A stretch of 61,439 nt of DNA, counting the filler, from Circinaria calcarea (taxonomy: Eukaryota): the NCBI GenBank assembly GCA_051942165.1. It is 14 parts of 14 records of this genome, joined end to end, with 100 filler letters (N's around TTAATTAATTAA, not from the genome) between each part and the next. Parts side by side here need not be neighbours in the genome. Positions count along the whole stretch, not along the records: positions 22,043 to 26,342 come from JAVECS010002378.1; positions 26,443 to 30,739 come from JAVECS010002379.1; positions 30,840 to 35,131 come from JAVECS010002380.1; positions 35,232 to 39,522 come from JAVECS010002381.1; 10 more parts are not named here. One strand, given 5' to 3'. The notes under the pieces are model-generated. The model searched no databases, was not told the origin of the DNA, and saw only the letters and a list, made by a program, of their open reading frames with translations. The translations under genes were made by a program, and so were the position numbers. Below, one piece after another: positions 26,001 through 35,832 of this stretch (the first letter of the stretch is position 1; each line of letters begins with the position of its first letter).

Positions 26001-26342
26001 CGTCGCACTTCGGGTTTTGGACAGGCTTTTGGGGAGAGGCATACCCCCCGGTACTCGCTGACGTTGAATTGAGTCTAACCTGTGCATGGCAGACGTCTGC
26101 TGCTCGTACATCTGTCGATCAAGTCCCTGACCATACAGCCTTTTGTTCTTGGTCGCAGTTCGTTCCAAGCTTTCCGAAGACTGCTTCTTAGGAGACTGTG
26201 CGTTGGAAGAACTCCCTGTTTTGACGCTCGGAGTATGATGTAGCGATGAAGCACTGCGCGACGCAACCGATGTAGCAGCAGTCGACATACGTGCATAGGA
26301 AGGTCCCGATGTCGTTGAAGAAGTAGTCTCACGTTTTTTATT
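23100..26342 (-). CDS. Large disordered fungal hypothetical protein, 5'-partial
   Basis: Frame open from the contig end for about 1080 codons. Conserved-looking islands DLGKATASGAF, HARGGSTETQKEREDFANELA, RKRSINKHDISDPRF, HRLRKTSSEGGNL. Confidence 0.8.
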   Translation of the reverse strand, partial: NKKRETTSSTTSGPSYARMSTAATSVASRSASSLHHTPSVKTGSSSNAQSPKKQSSESLERTATKNKRLYGQGLDRQMYEQQTSAMHRLDSIQRQRVPGGMPLPKSLSKTRSATNLNDRFQRSGPLYASTSFRAGSPPPSSTATPTDMSGFDLGFNNPPSSITNRDDQSGFGHSPPLSPPMSPHFDNSTFVSSLEPNDLGKATASGAFHKPIHRYDEHQYAQRQIKLQEGRETPSSTASRSASRNETPVDYVGRVRNDSSTSLQSSLDSHVDHQPQQFHSHALGAVTKSPHIHRKPLDDTHVDMNQSPSNGLSGSDSKIESRLRQQSITPKPAEFRSLSPVAQQATPSLQYEHNDLHPAFQNKHNEESYMDFTEEVDLEIINENKRSDIRVTVLEAPDNLEQVDSPTLGPMTGLSGLVRAHLRNDSDHSSVYPAPRLDERWSNEMLKTTNQFENEREEQPPADLLNNSWKDKQPNGIQDASRSKVAENQVTSPPSLSARARAMLDQAAALRNGSPKAQQTLGSFSADKTRQALGEETPRESQESVNPAWQDQVKGHHARGGSTETQKEREDFANELADRRKRVQDSLKNFAETESRSSSPMPGGRPQDSSYVRTGGAFGLLKKASRGSLVGKHESPSRGMKMLGMGSTSNSKAGSPLLPEEDSLKKRDDQAVIDAHGNGKAHYRPTPRPNQPNRPHHNRPTPNPNAYFERNNGDQRQGFTSRKVVPPFSRPFGHDRTDREPLAHPPPNSNAHPLRKKPSMEPRVYEGHYANHAQARNYSPPTRPHMEIRPPHDNLPPRSQSAMSGRTRSNSRGTTPGYFDQKSLLSVQTNYHNHYPGPIGRSPRASPVTPYTSQSPGPHAVPSPAPSNASAPVMIPASASPPTVRVPGARKRSINKHDISDPRFMSCTSSVSTVDLPPGASLSNGMDNIDDTPVPPIPPLNPRRRRTPTTHNLLNTFNGGGRGERTENPPPVPSMPMPMPMLMSNGPEYAHGERSTFSADESDPRPKSRHRLRKTSSEGGNLAARARAHAAMSPEPMLPSPKRIYAPPAVAFGGRARMGGQDLDVGMPVGGRQKVAGTMF

Positions 26343-26444
26343 NNNNNNNNNNNNNNNNNNNNNNNNNNNNNNNNNNNNNNNNNNNNTTAATTAATTAANN
26401 NNNNNNNNNNNNNNNNNNNNNNNNNNNNNNNNNNNNNNNNNNTC

Positions 26445-27332
26445 CTTCATCATTTACCGCCTAGTCAGGAGTCTTACGAACCACTTGAACCTTCTATAAT
26501 TCTGTTTTTGGGAAACAACAGTCTTACAAGTCTCCCCGGTGACCTATACAAACTACGGAATATCAAACATCTTAGCGTACGGCAGAACTGTCTTACAGAA
26601 ATCATGCCCTCGATTGCGAAGCTAGAGAAAATGGATGAGTTAAATGTTGGTGGGAATGCGCTGCGATGGTTGCCTTGGGAGATCTTACAATTGACTCGAC
26701 ATAATTTAAAGACTACATGTCTGCATCCCAATCCTTTCGTCGAGCCGGTGCCGAGTACAACCGTTTCTGTCGACTCTGCTAAACAAAAGCTGCGGTGGGC
26801 CACAGGACCACCGCGCACCGTCGCAAGTACGGCGATTGCTTACCTCGACATTACAGGCACGCCAGTTCGTGGCTCGCGTCCGGCACCGTCGTCTCTGCCA
26901 GATTACTATCCTTCAGCGGCGGGAAGTGATGGCGAAGTTGTCAGCAAACCGTGGTATCAGGAAGCAAACCACACACCTTCTCTTGTAGAGGTTGCCCTTC
27001 GTGGATGTAGCGAGTCCTCCATGCTGGAACAGCTACCTCTCTACCTTACCGAAGACAGCCCTCAGTCGCTATCGCATTTACTCCGACACGCGTGGAAGGT
27101 GAAAAGTGCGGGCGGGAAATTATGTTCAGTATGTGGTAAGGCATATATAATCCCGAGAACGGAGTGGATAGAGTGGCGTAGCTCTCTATCTCAGCATTGT
27201 CGGTACCCAGTACCTTTGATCCGTAAGGGATGTAGCTGGGCATGTGTCGTAAACTTCAACGCTGTGCCGGCTAACTGGCGGAATTGTGGTTGGAAATCAG
27301 CGGATGAGACTGAGAAAACCCCATTAGAGTAG
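26445..27332 (+). CDS. Leucine-rich repeat protein, C-terminal part, 5'-partial
   Basis: LxLxxNxLxxLP repeats (LFLGNNSLTSLPGDL, LSVRQNCLTEI, LNVGGNALRWLP), PSLVEVAL, and C-terminal CSVCGK...WIEW...GCSWAC. Confidence 0.85.
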   Translation, partial: LHHLPPSQESYEPLEPSIILFLGNNSLTSLPGDLYKLRNIKHLSVRQNCLTEIMPSIAKLEKMDELNVGGNALRWLPWEILQLTRHNLKTTCLHPNPFVEPVPSTTVSVDSAKQKLRWATGPPRTVASTAIAYLDITGTPVRGSRPAPSSLPDYYPSAAGSDGEVVSKPWYQEANHTPSLVEVALRGCSESSMLEQLPLYLTEDSPQSLSHLLRHAWKVKSAGGKLCSVCGKAYIIPRTEWIEWRSSLSQHCRYPVPLIRKGCSWACVVNFNAVPANWRNCGWKSADETEKTPLE

Positions 27333-30300
27333 GCTTTCTGGTTTCTACCACTCTTCAACCTATAATTTTAGCCATCCCAGCCAGTTGGCCGCCACTACCT
27401 AATCTTATAATAAAAAAGGCAGCAAGTTCTCCTTTCAAGAAGTGTCGAGCTTATTTGCCGAACAGCATAGGTGAATCGATCTCTCCCCACACAGCACAAT
27501 CCTGTTTGGCCGAGTAGTAAGGTGGCATTGTTCAAAGCCACCCTACTAACCTTTACCTAGTATTCTATTAACAATGCTTAGCAACCTGGCTATATCTCCA
27601 TCTTCGTTTATCCCTAAACTGGGCTGGCTTTCTTTCAGCTCCCTCTGCGTACTTACTTAATTACGTAGCCATGAAGGAAGACTGCCAATCGACTTCTCAA
27701 AAGCGAGCAGCCCTCTATCGACAATTCGTCTCATAAGTACCATGGACATTAAAGCCTGCTGTGTCTCCCGTCTTCCAGATTCTTTGCCATTTTCCTGCGT
27801 CTAGGGATTGTTCTTAAAATTTAGAATGGGTCCTCCTTCAGCGAGGCGGAGTCTCTTAAGGAGCATTCTATGCAACCTCTTCGTTTGTCCAAATTACTCG
27901 ACACTACAAAATCTAATATCCAACAAGATCATATCTGCATCATGCTACTGTTTCATATCTTGTGTATGTTTTAGGTTGGCAATACTGCGAAGTTGCACCC
28001 TATCATCAATTCTCTCAACGTTTCATACTACTCTACCACCATCAGCAGTGCATCAACCTTCAACTGGTTACTACTTTGCAACCAAGTCTCGGAAGGACAA
28101 TGGAGCACGACTAGAGAGCTTTGGATTAACCCCACATTGAGTTACAGATCCCTGCAGAAACCTTTATGATCAAATCATACTTCTACGCTTGATATGACAG
28201 CATATATATGAGCTTCCTGAGTGCACTGTTCAAATCCGACCTTGTTCCTCACCCAGAGGTAGATGGGACACTTCATTATGGTTCATCTACTAATCTTTGT
28301 CGCAAAAGGCCTAAACTTGAAAGCAATAGCAATGCGAAAAGCCTTCAGTATTTATACCATCGTCCTAGGAAAAGCGTTTCGGCTAATTTGTTAGGGAAAG
28401 GTTCATCTCGACATAATGTCACAGTGCAATGCTGGATCCGCTAGACTGGATTGCCGCGATGCCCTGCCTTGAACGAGATGACCTATACATAGGGAAGTAA
28501 AGAGTTGGTTCTGAAGGCACGGCATCGGAGACCCCAGGGACAGTGGTGATATATGATTCCGAGAGCTTTCCATTGTGGCCTTTACAAATGTCTACCATCA
28601 TCTTCATTGAGCTCTTTCAGGGCAGGATCTTGACACAAGAAGCTCCTTCGTATGATTCGCCATCGAGTATTCCAAATTACGACTAGTAAACCATCAGTAC
28701 TATACGAGCTGAGCTTGTCCACTATTCGTCTCATATACGATCCTCGCATCGTCGCGGCTACTACGAAAATGCAACCTGATTCATCCAAAGAAGCAAAGCT
28801 AAGCTACTACTAACCGCGGTATTTTGGAGTTTCGAAAGTTGAAGATTAAGACCTAGTTGGATCAGAAATTTGGCTTTCTCGGCAATTCAACCCAAGCCAA
28901 TAGCCCGAAACTCCTGCCCGAAGTCTAAAAAAGCAGGAGCTCGCGCAAAAAGATACAAAGTTTGAGACTGTGCCCTATGACCCGAAAGCCAGTAGCATCA
29001 AAAGGTAGAGGTATCCAGCATGTCTATTACAATGATGAGTATATTGGTCGTGTTGTTAGTGTGGATAGATGTATGCCCGGTTTAATGGTCAAGAAACTTA
29101 AACAAACTGCTATTTAGATGATTGTCTATTACCTGTCGAGTCACTTTCGGTAGCCCTGGTCAACTTCTGCTCAATCCAGATAAAGAATCAAAGACATCTT
29201 ATATGGAAGGCACAACATACTTTCCTCTGACCAATGGTTGAGAAGACTGTTGTTAGCTTAGAGCTCAAGGAGTTAGAGGTCCTTTCAACCCTTTCTAGAT
29301 ATATTCGTGGAGGACTTTATCATAACTTTTTCGCCCGGGGAAGTCGGGCACTGGTTTTCATAACACTCTATATAGCATCGTCGGTGGACTGGGTGTAGGT
29401 TATACACAGGATCACAGAAGCTGTGGAGAGGTAGAGATGGTCGTGACGGATAATTTACTAAACTATGAGAAGCATACATTGAGCTCGATTCTTAACGCAA
29501 GGATGCACTAATCTATGTGTCTATGAGCACGGCTAATCCCAGGTAAAACTGGCTGAAAAGGATAGACCCATGCAACTGTCAACATTGCTTTTGCAATTTG
29601 CGAGATTGAGAGCTGGGTATACGGAATATAGCTTGTACTCAGACTACAAGAGGATTTCTCAAGAAAATAACACCCATATATAAAGGTCATATCAATCTTG
29701 GCGGTGAAAAGGAAAGATTATTGACTCAGGAGAAGAAGCTTCGAAGGTTTCAGTTAAGAACGCTTGGTCAGTCTACGGGGTCAAGAATATTGTGACAGGC
29801 TGTAGAAGAATCAGCTATACCTACGCAAATGCTTGTCGGGGAGCGGAAGAGCGTGAGCGATCATAAAACTCAACCGTCATTCACTTCAGCCGACCATTCA
29901 TTGGATCCAGTTAGGTAACCGTACATGCATGTAGTAACGCGGCGCCCACAACACTACAAGGAGCACCTTCCCCTTTTTTATACCTGGTACTAACCCTCCT
30001 TCTCCAGTATAACGCTTGGCACAAGACCAATAGAAGTCGCTGGACTGTCAGCACACGCCGTTGCAGAACCTTCTGCCCTTGCTCATGCCTAGTGGCAGCA
30101 GCCTCAAGCCCGGTTATAGGAGCTCCAGCCGAAGACCAGAAAGTTTTAGAGGAATTTATCTACCTCTTATTGCGCTAAAGTTATGAGAAATCTACGAGAA
30201 TTTGGAGACTGTTGCAACCTGAGTTGGTGGTTGAAGAGCCCACTCAACCCACTACTCTATTGCCCCTTCACTTTCGTGTGATGCCGTTAACCACCTCGGC

Positions 30301-30840
30301 CTCCATCACATCTGTCCCGACTTTTCCAGTAGGACTGGACGTGTCTAAGGTGGTGGTTAAGCTTCTGCCACCTAAGGCGGTCATAAAGCTTCCGCGTCCT
30401 CCTCAAGTCCCTGACAAGGCAAAGGTGCTAAAAAAATCCGGGTTTCCAAATGCTAGAGGCACGCTATCCAATATCATGGACTCTCACTTGGCCAGATATT
30501 GTCGGAGTTGACCTTCTTGTTCTGGGGATAGACAGCCTATGGGTTGATGAGAAGCAAGTGGCAGAATTCGAAAGCCTAGTTTAATGTTTGCGGATAGCAT
30601 TCATTATATGCTATGACAGAATTACGGGCCGTGTTTGGCAACAATCTATGTGTTCGGGAATGGGTCCCTTTCACAGCGATGCCGATGTGTTACTGCACAA
30701 GGGAAATGGTGCCTTCACCTAGGCAGGAAAACCGTATAGNNNNNNNNNNNNNNNNNNNNNNNNNNNNNNNNNNNNNNNNNNNNTTAATTAATTAANNNNN
30801 NNNNNNNNNNNNNNNNNNNNNNNNNNNNNNNNNNNNNNNC

Positions 30841-31116
30841 AACAGCCAGCTTGGCCGTTTTGGTCTTCACAACGGAGGGGAGCAGGACCGGTTCCTCCTG
30901 AATGAGAAATGGGAGTCGCTGGCCACGGCACCGGTGAACCCGGGTAAGCAGGATGGCGAGTACTTCCTCTTCAGCTTCAGTGATAACGACTTCATCGCCC
31001 AAGACGGCTTTCTCAACGGCGGCAAGTTTACGTACAAGGATAGCAGTGGGTTCAATCTTGATAACCAGGTACTGGTATTCCAGATCAAGGTGCCGAAAAG
31101 GGTGGTACCTTCATGA
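30841..31116 (+). CDS. Phytase-like (esterase-like activity of phytase) domain protein, C-terminus, 5'-partial
   Basis: NSQLGRFGLHNGG...LNEKWESLA...YFLFSFSDNDFIAQDG...LDNQVLVF. KWES and SDNDF match this family as recalled. Confidence 0.7.
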   Translation, partial: NSQLGRFGLHNGGEQDRFLLNEKWESLATAPVNPGKQDGEYFLFSFSDNDFIAQDGFLNGGKFTYKDSSGFNLDNQVLVFQIKVPKRVVPS

Positions 31117-31447
31117 TAGATAGGTGCGACCATATTCTAGAATAATCTCAATCCCAATGGCAAACGAGTAGCGTTGCTATGTAATAAATGTGGTTGGGTG
31201 CGTGAAGAACGGGTAGTGCAATCCGAGAGCGCTCATAAAAAACCTTGACTGAACTAGGTTGTACTTGAGGGTCTTCCCCTCTATTAGACTCTGCATATAG
31301 TCTACGCATAGGTCCAATCCCAGTGGGAGCTTCAGTGCAGAATGAACATTGCACAGTATCCTAATATCAATGCCTACTCTGTCGAGAAACACTCGTCGCC
31401 ATCTATCGACAAAGATGACATACAAATCAACTTTCCTGATATCCCAA

Positions 31448-33495
31448 TTACAAAACCAGCCCTCCGGACTCACTCAGCCTTGGCTCCCCGGCCGCCTCAA
31501 AAGTCCCGTTCCCCAACCTCCTCAACCCCTGCGCGGTACTCAACCCGGGCGGCACCCACGTTACGTTGTGTCCCCTCTGCTTCATAAACGCCACCGTTCC
31601 ATTGTCATAATCCCACTCAAAGTCTACATAGTTTGGCAGCAACTGATCATGTAAGCGAGGTTGAGCGAGTGCCTCCGGGACAGACATGCCCTGGTCGAGG
31701 ACGTGCCAAAGGTTCTGGACAGTGGTAGTGATGATGCGGGACCCGCCGGTGGCGCCGATGGCATAGTAAAAGGAGTGATTGGCGTGCTCGACGATTGTGG
31801 GGGTTTGCGAGGAAAGAGGACGTTTAAAGGGGCGGATGTAATTAGCTGGGGAAGGGTGATAGCCGTAAAAATTCGAGACGTTAGGTACGGAGAAGTCTGA
31901 ATCTATATTAGCTGGTATATCTAGAGAGCCCCTTGGAAGTGGGATATGTACCATTCATCAGATTGTTCATAATTATCCCCGTTTCCGGGACCATCAGCTG
32001 GGAACCGAACATCGTGTTTATTGTCGTAGTCAGGCTGATTGCCATCCCGGATGCGTCTGCTGCGACCATGTGGGAAGTTCCATGACTAGAAGAGAGTCAG
32101 GCATAGCGAAAGGAGGCAGACGTCCCAAGCTAACCTCTCGACGCTTTCAAATCCAGAGGGATCATAATCAGATACGTTGAGTGTATGCTCATCAGATATT
32201 TTGCCTCTCGTGATGGAAGACAGGTGCGCGTCAAGCATATTGTTCTGGAGTGATTGCATTCCATCATTAAAGTCTGGGTCGCCCATACCCGCTCTCTAGC
32301 AACAATTAGATTTTGGTCTCTTGCTCCGACATGAGGACACCATACCTCGCCATAAGCAAACCTCATAGCCTCAACCAAGCGATGGGTACTCAAATTCAAA
32401 CGCTCTGGATCTCCTATATCACCATACCCTTCGATCGTCTTTAGAACGCTCAGCGTGACCGCACCACTTGCTACTAATCCACAAGCGTGAATTCGATATC
32501 CCCTATAGTCTATCTCCACCAGTTCACGGGACACTATAGTATAGTTCTCTAGATCTTCCAGAGTCATTGTCCCGTTAGCTTTCTGTATTGCTTGGATCGT
32601 GGCCTCTGCTATCGACCCTTTGTAGAAAGCACCAGGCCCCATCTCAGCAATCGTTTCCAGTGTATCAGCATAACGTCTCCGGGTCATTTTATCTCCTAAC
32701 CCAATAAGGGTGCCGTTCGGTGCAAAGTCTTCTGCCCAGGTATGATCATTTTGCAGAAAGTTGAATCCTCGGAGGACTGACACGGCATAATCCATGGCAC
32801 TAACAAGAGTTGGCCCAGCAGGAAAGCCATCTCGAGCCACCTTGATGGCTGGTTCTATGAGATCAGACCAAGGAAGCGAGCCGTAAGTATTGTGTAGGTA
32901 TTCGAGGCCGCGAAGCTGACCCGGTACTGCACTTTTATTGCCTAGAGGTTAACAGGCTGAAACTCAACCAAGGATCTTACTTACCTCGCAAGACCACCGA
33001 ACATAGAACCACGTACATTGTCCTTGAACATATTTTCGTAAGCCGCGGCAGGTGCCGTTTCCCGAAAGTCGATGACCTCGTAACTACCGTTTGACGAGCG
33101 AACAAGCATGTAGCCTCCACCACCGACACCACTATGGTAGGTGCCTATATATCTTAGCCATCGTCTTCTACACAAGACTTCTTTCTCTTACTGATCACAC
33201 CGACACAGATTACTGTACCCACCAGCTAGCCGCGTTATCAGCCCTTACTGCCTTTGAGGCTCATTTGGTAGCGACATACAGCATCTGCTGCGTTTCCCCC
33301 TGCCCCCAAAAGATCGATCCCTACTTGACTGCATGTCTGATGTTCCGATGCAACGGCTCCAAGCTTGCCATCACTGATAGGTCGTGATACTGAACCTTCT
33401 AATACGACTTGAGTCGCGGCCCAAATTGGTACAGCTAGCAATGTCCAAATAGTAAGGGTGATGGCGTTTCTCCTCGCCGACGTGGCTTGTGCCAT
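31448..33495 (-). CDS. ggt: Gamma-glutamyltranspeptidase, multi-exon, with N-terminal signal or anchor
   Basis: GAVASE...GGNAADA, HSGVGGGGYML, IDFRETAP, nucleophile motif HGTSH...TTTIN, KRPLSS, GATGGSRI, PRLHDQL. The ORF pieces are separated by short GT-AG introns. Confidence 0.93.
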
Positions 33496-34186
33496 TGTTG
33501 AGTAGAAAAGCAGGAACCCACATCTCCACTCGGCGCTGGAGTATTCTTATCCATCCTTATCTACCAGAAGCTGTGACGTGATGTGATTGAAAAATTGAAA
33601 GATATGAATGATTGAATGGACGTCTACACCGTTGCAGCAGCGCTTATGCACGATGTTATGTGACGTCTGCCAGAAGAGTCGAGCGAGTAAATCCTTATCG
33701 CAGCATCAAACATCCACCGGATGCATTGACGGACCGAGAATGCTACTCTATATGCGCTAAAATATCCAATCAGTCCGAGCCTCCAAGATAGTCTCTTCCC
33801 AGGCCATCTTGCCAGATAGATTACCACAGTGCTCTCCAGGCATCTTCCCTTACTAACCGATATTTATATTAATGCTGGTAAACTCATGCTATAGGCTTTG
33901 AGTAGCTTCGAAGACCTACCGGTAGAGGAGCTTCTGGAACCCTACGCTGTGCTTACCTCGGCCAGCTCAAGGGAAGCTGACATTGACAGCTGCAAAGCTG
34001 GCCCAGCGCTGGACTTTATAGAGCAATCTCGTTTAAGGAGATCGTATATGTTTTGCATATCAGCCTCTATCAACTCTCGACGGTAGCGATCCCATGCAAT
34101 CTTTACCAGCACAATTCATACTTTACATTCAGTGATTGGCTCATCTTTTACACCATTCCATAACCTCACAACGTTGTGAAGCCGGT

Positions 34187-34912
34187 TCAATTGGAGTTTT
34201 CATTTTCCGCTTCGGAAGCTTCAGATGGCATCCGGATTGAGAAGTTCTTGGGGAAAGGAGCATCTCCAATGAGGCCTATTTTCAGCAGGTAGGGATTATT
34301 CCTTATCTCATCTGCCCGTGCTTTCAGTTTGCCCACATCGAAGCCTGCCCACATCGAAGCCTGCCCAGATGAGGCGGCCGGCAAGGAAAGCAGCTTCTTC
34401 GGAGGTAAGCCAGACACTCACGCGGTTGACAGAAAACTATGCAACCCCGCATTACCCCCAACCGTAGTTACTGGCCTATTCCAGCCCAGAGCTCGGCTGT
34501 GAAGCCCCTAACATTAGGGCGATCCCACAAATTTAGAGGCTAATATTTAGCGAGTAGCTACGGTCGGGTTGCATAGTTTTTTGTCAACCGCGTGACACTG
34601 AAGTGACCTCCAAGATCCGATGAACCGATGTTAGTGCGCTAGCAACATCGTATGCGGATGCGTTGCATGCTGAAGGATGTGAAAGGGACAGGGGAGAATG
34701 AATAAAGGCGGGTGGGTAGGGTGCAAACAGAGCAGCATAACATTGACAAAATCTTTATAATTAAGGGGGGGATGAGTTCTATGGATGAGAATTTGGGGAC
34801 ACTTTGCAAAACCTAGAGAGCAGAGGTCAAAGTCTCTGAATTCAAGACTCACTGCCTCCCAGTCAAAGATTTCCTCTGGAACTCCATTGTTTCTCAACAT
34901 ATCTGTATATAT
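34187..34912 (-). pseudogene. Disrupted gene of unknown family
   Basis: Removing the MITE plus one TSD and one copy of a 16-bp tandem duplication (34331-34362) gives a continuous frame DLGGHFSVWLTSEEAAFLAGRLIWAGFDVGKLKARADEIRNNPYLLK...; an upstream exon-like piece reads YTDMLRNNGVPEEIFDWE... Confidence 0.5.
34419..34594. mobile_element. 176-bp MITE with 29-bp TIRs and 5-bp TSD (ACACT)
   Basis: Left TIR CACGCGGTTGACAGAAAACTATGCAACCC, right TIR GGGTTGCATAGTTTTTTGTCAACCGCGTG (1 mismatch). ACACT at 34414-34418 and 34595-34599. Confidence 0.9.
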
Positions 34913-35131
34913 CACCCGGGGCGAAAACTATGCACCCTTACACCTTGCGTAGCATAATCATTCTGTACATATGCTATCGTTGCAGGAAGTCTCCTTCGCT
35001 GGAACCGTAGGCGCTCTGGCTAGGGTCGTGATACTGAACGGAAATGATTAAGATTCAATTCACTATAACCTCATTCCTTGTTTGCTCATTCGGTTTCGAG
35101 ACTACTCGCCCGACAACTCCCTTGCACATCC
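34913..35131. mobile_element. End of a second related DNA transposon, truncated by the contig end
   Basis: CACCCGGGGCGAAAACTATGCACCC resembles the MITE TIR (CAC.CGG...GAAAACTATGCA.CC) and coincides with where the pseudogene frame stops. Confidence 0.5.
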
Positions 35132-35231
35132 NNNNNNNNNNNNNNNNNNNNNNNNNNNNNNNNNNNNNNNNNNNNTTAATTAATTAANNNNNNNNNNNNN
35201 NNNNNNNNNNNNNNNNNNNNNNNNNNNNNNN

Positions 35232-35621
35232 CGCTGAGCGGTGCAAATAAAAGCGGGCCGATGCCGTCTATAATGAATGATTAATGGTAGCTAAACTTCA
35301 CAGATGGACATGCTTACATACAAGTACGTAGAGTGACAGGGGGAGAGCTGCCTTTTGAGCGGAAATAGCATAGGCTGCTTCAACGAACGGTTGGCTAGAT
35401 AGGTAAATGGCGGAGCCACTATAGACTGCAAAGGTTCGCTTGAGCCCCCCCCAATTCCGTGGATTCGCAGGATCCTTTGCGTCGTCCCAATCAACTAGGA
35501 CAGTACCATCCTCGGTGTCTTGTGGGATGGTGGCTTTGGCTTCGGAAAAATTAGAGACGGCTTTGCTTTCAACGTCTCCGCCTTTATAGAAATGCTTTTG
35601 TTCCATCGCTCCCAACACCAT
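35232..35621 (-). CDS. MFS drug:H+ antiporter (DHA1) N-terminus, 3'-partial, possibly degenerate
   Basis: LVDWDDAKDPANPRNW, VYSGSAIY, LPLSLYVLV, intron, then YGIGPLLFAPLS. Confidence 0.75.
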
Positions 35622-35832
35622 CTCTATCTCATATCTCCACGAAAGCCAGTTATATGAAAAGACTGCTATTTCTTGTGCAATGGGGTTCCCTTCAAGAACA
35701 CGTGTTATGTTTGGAAGAATAGGAATGCCTTAATGCTAGAAGAGATCCAACAGCATATTAATACGAGCACTAATTCATTATTAGCAGGGCATATAACACA
35801 ATCCAATAAGATGGATAGGTGAAAAAATTGCT

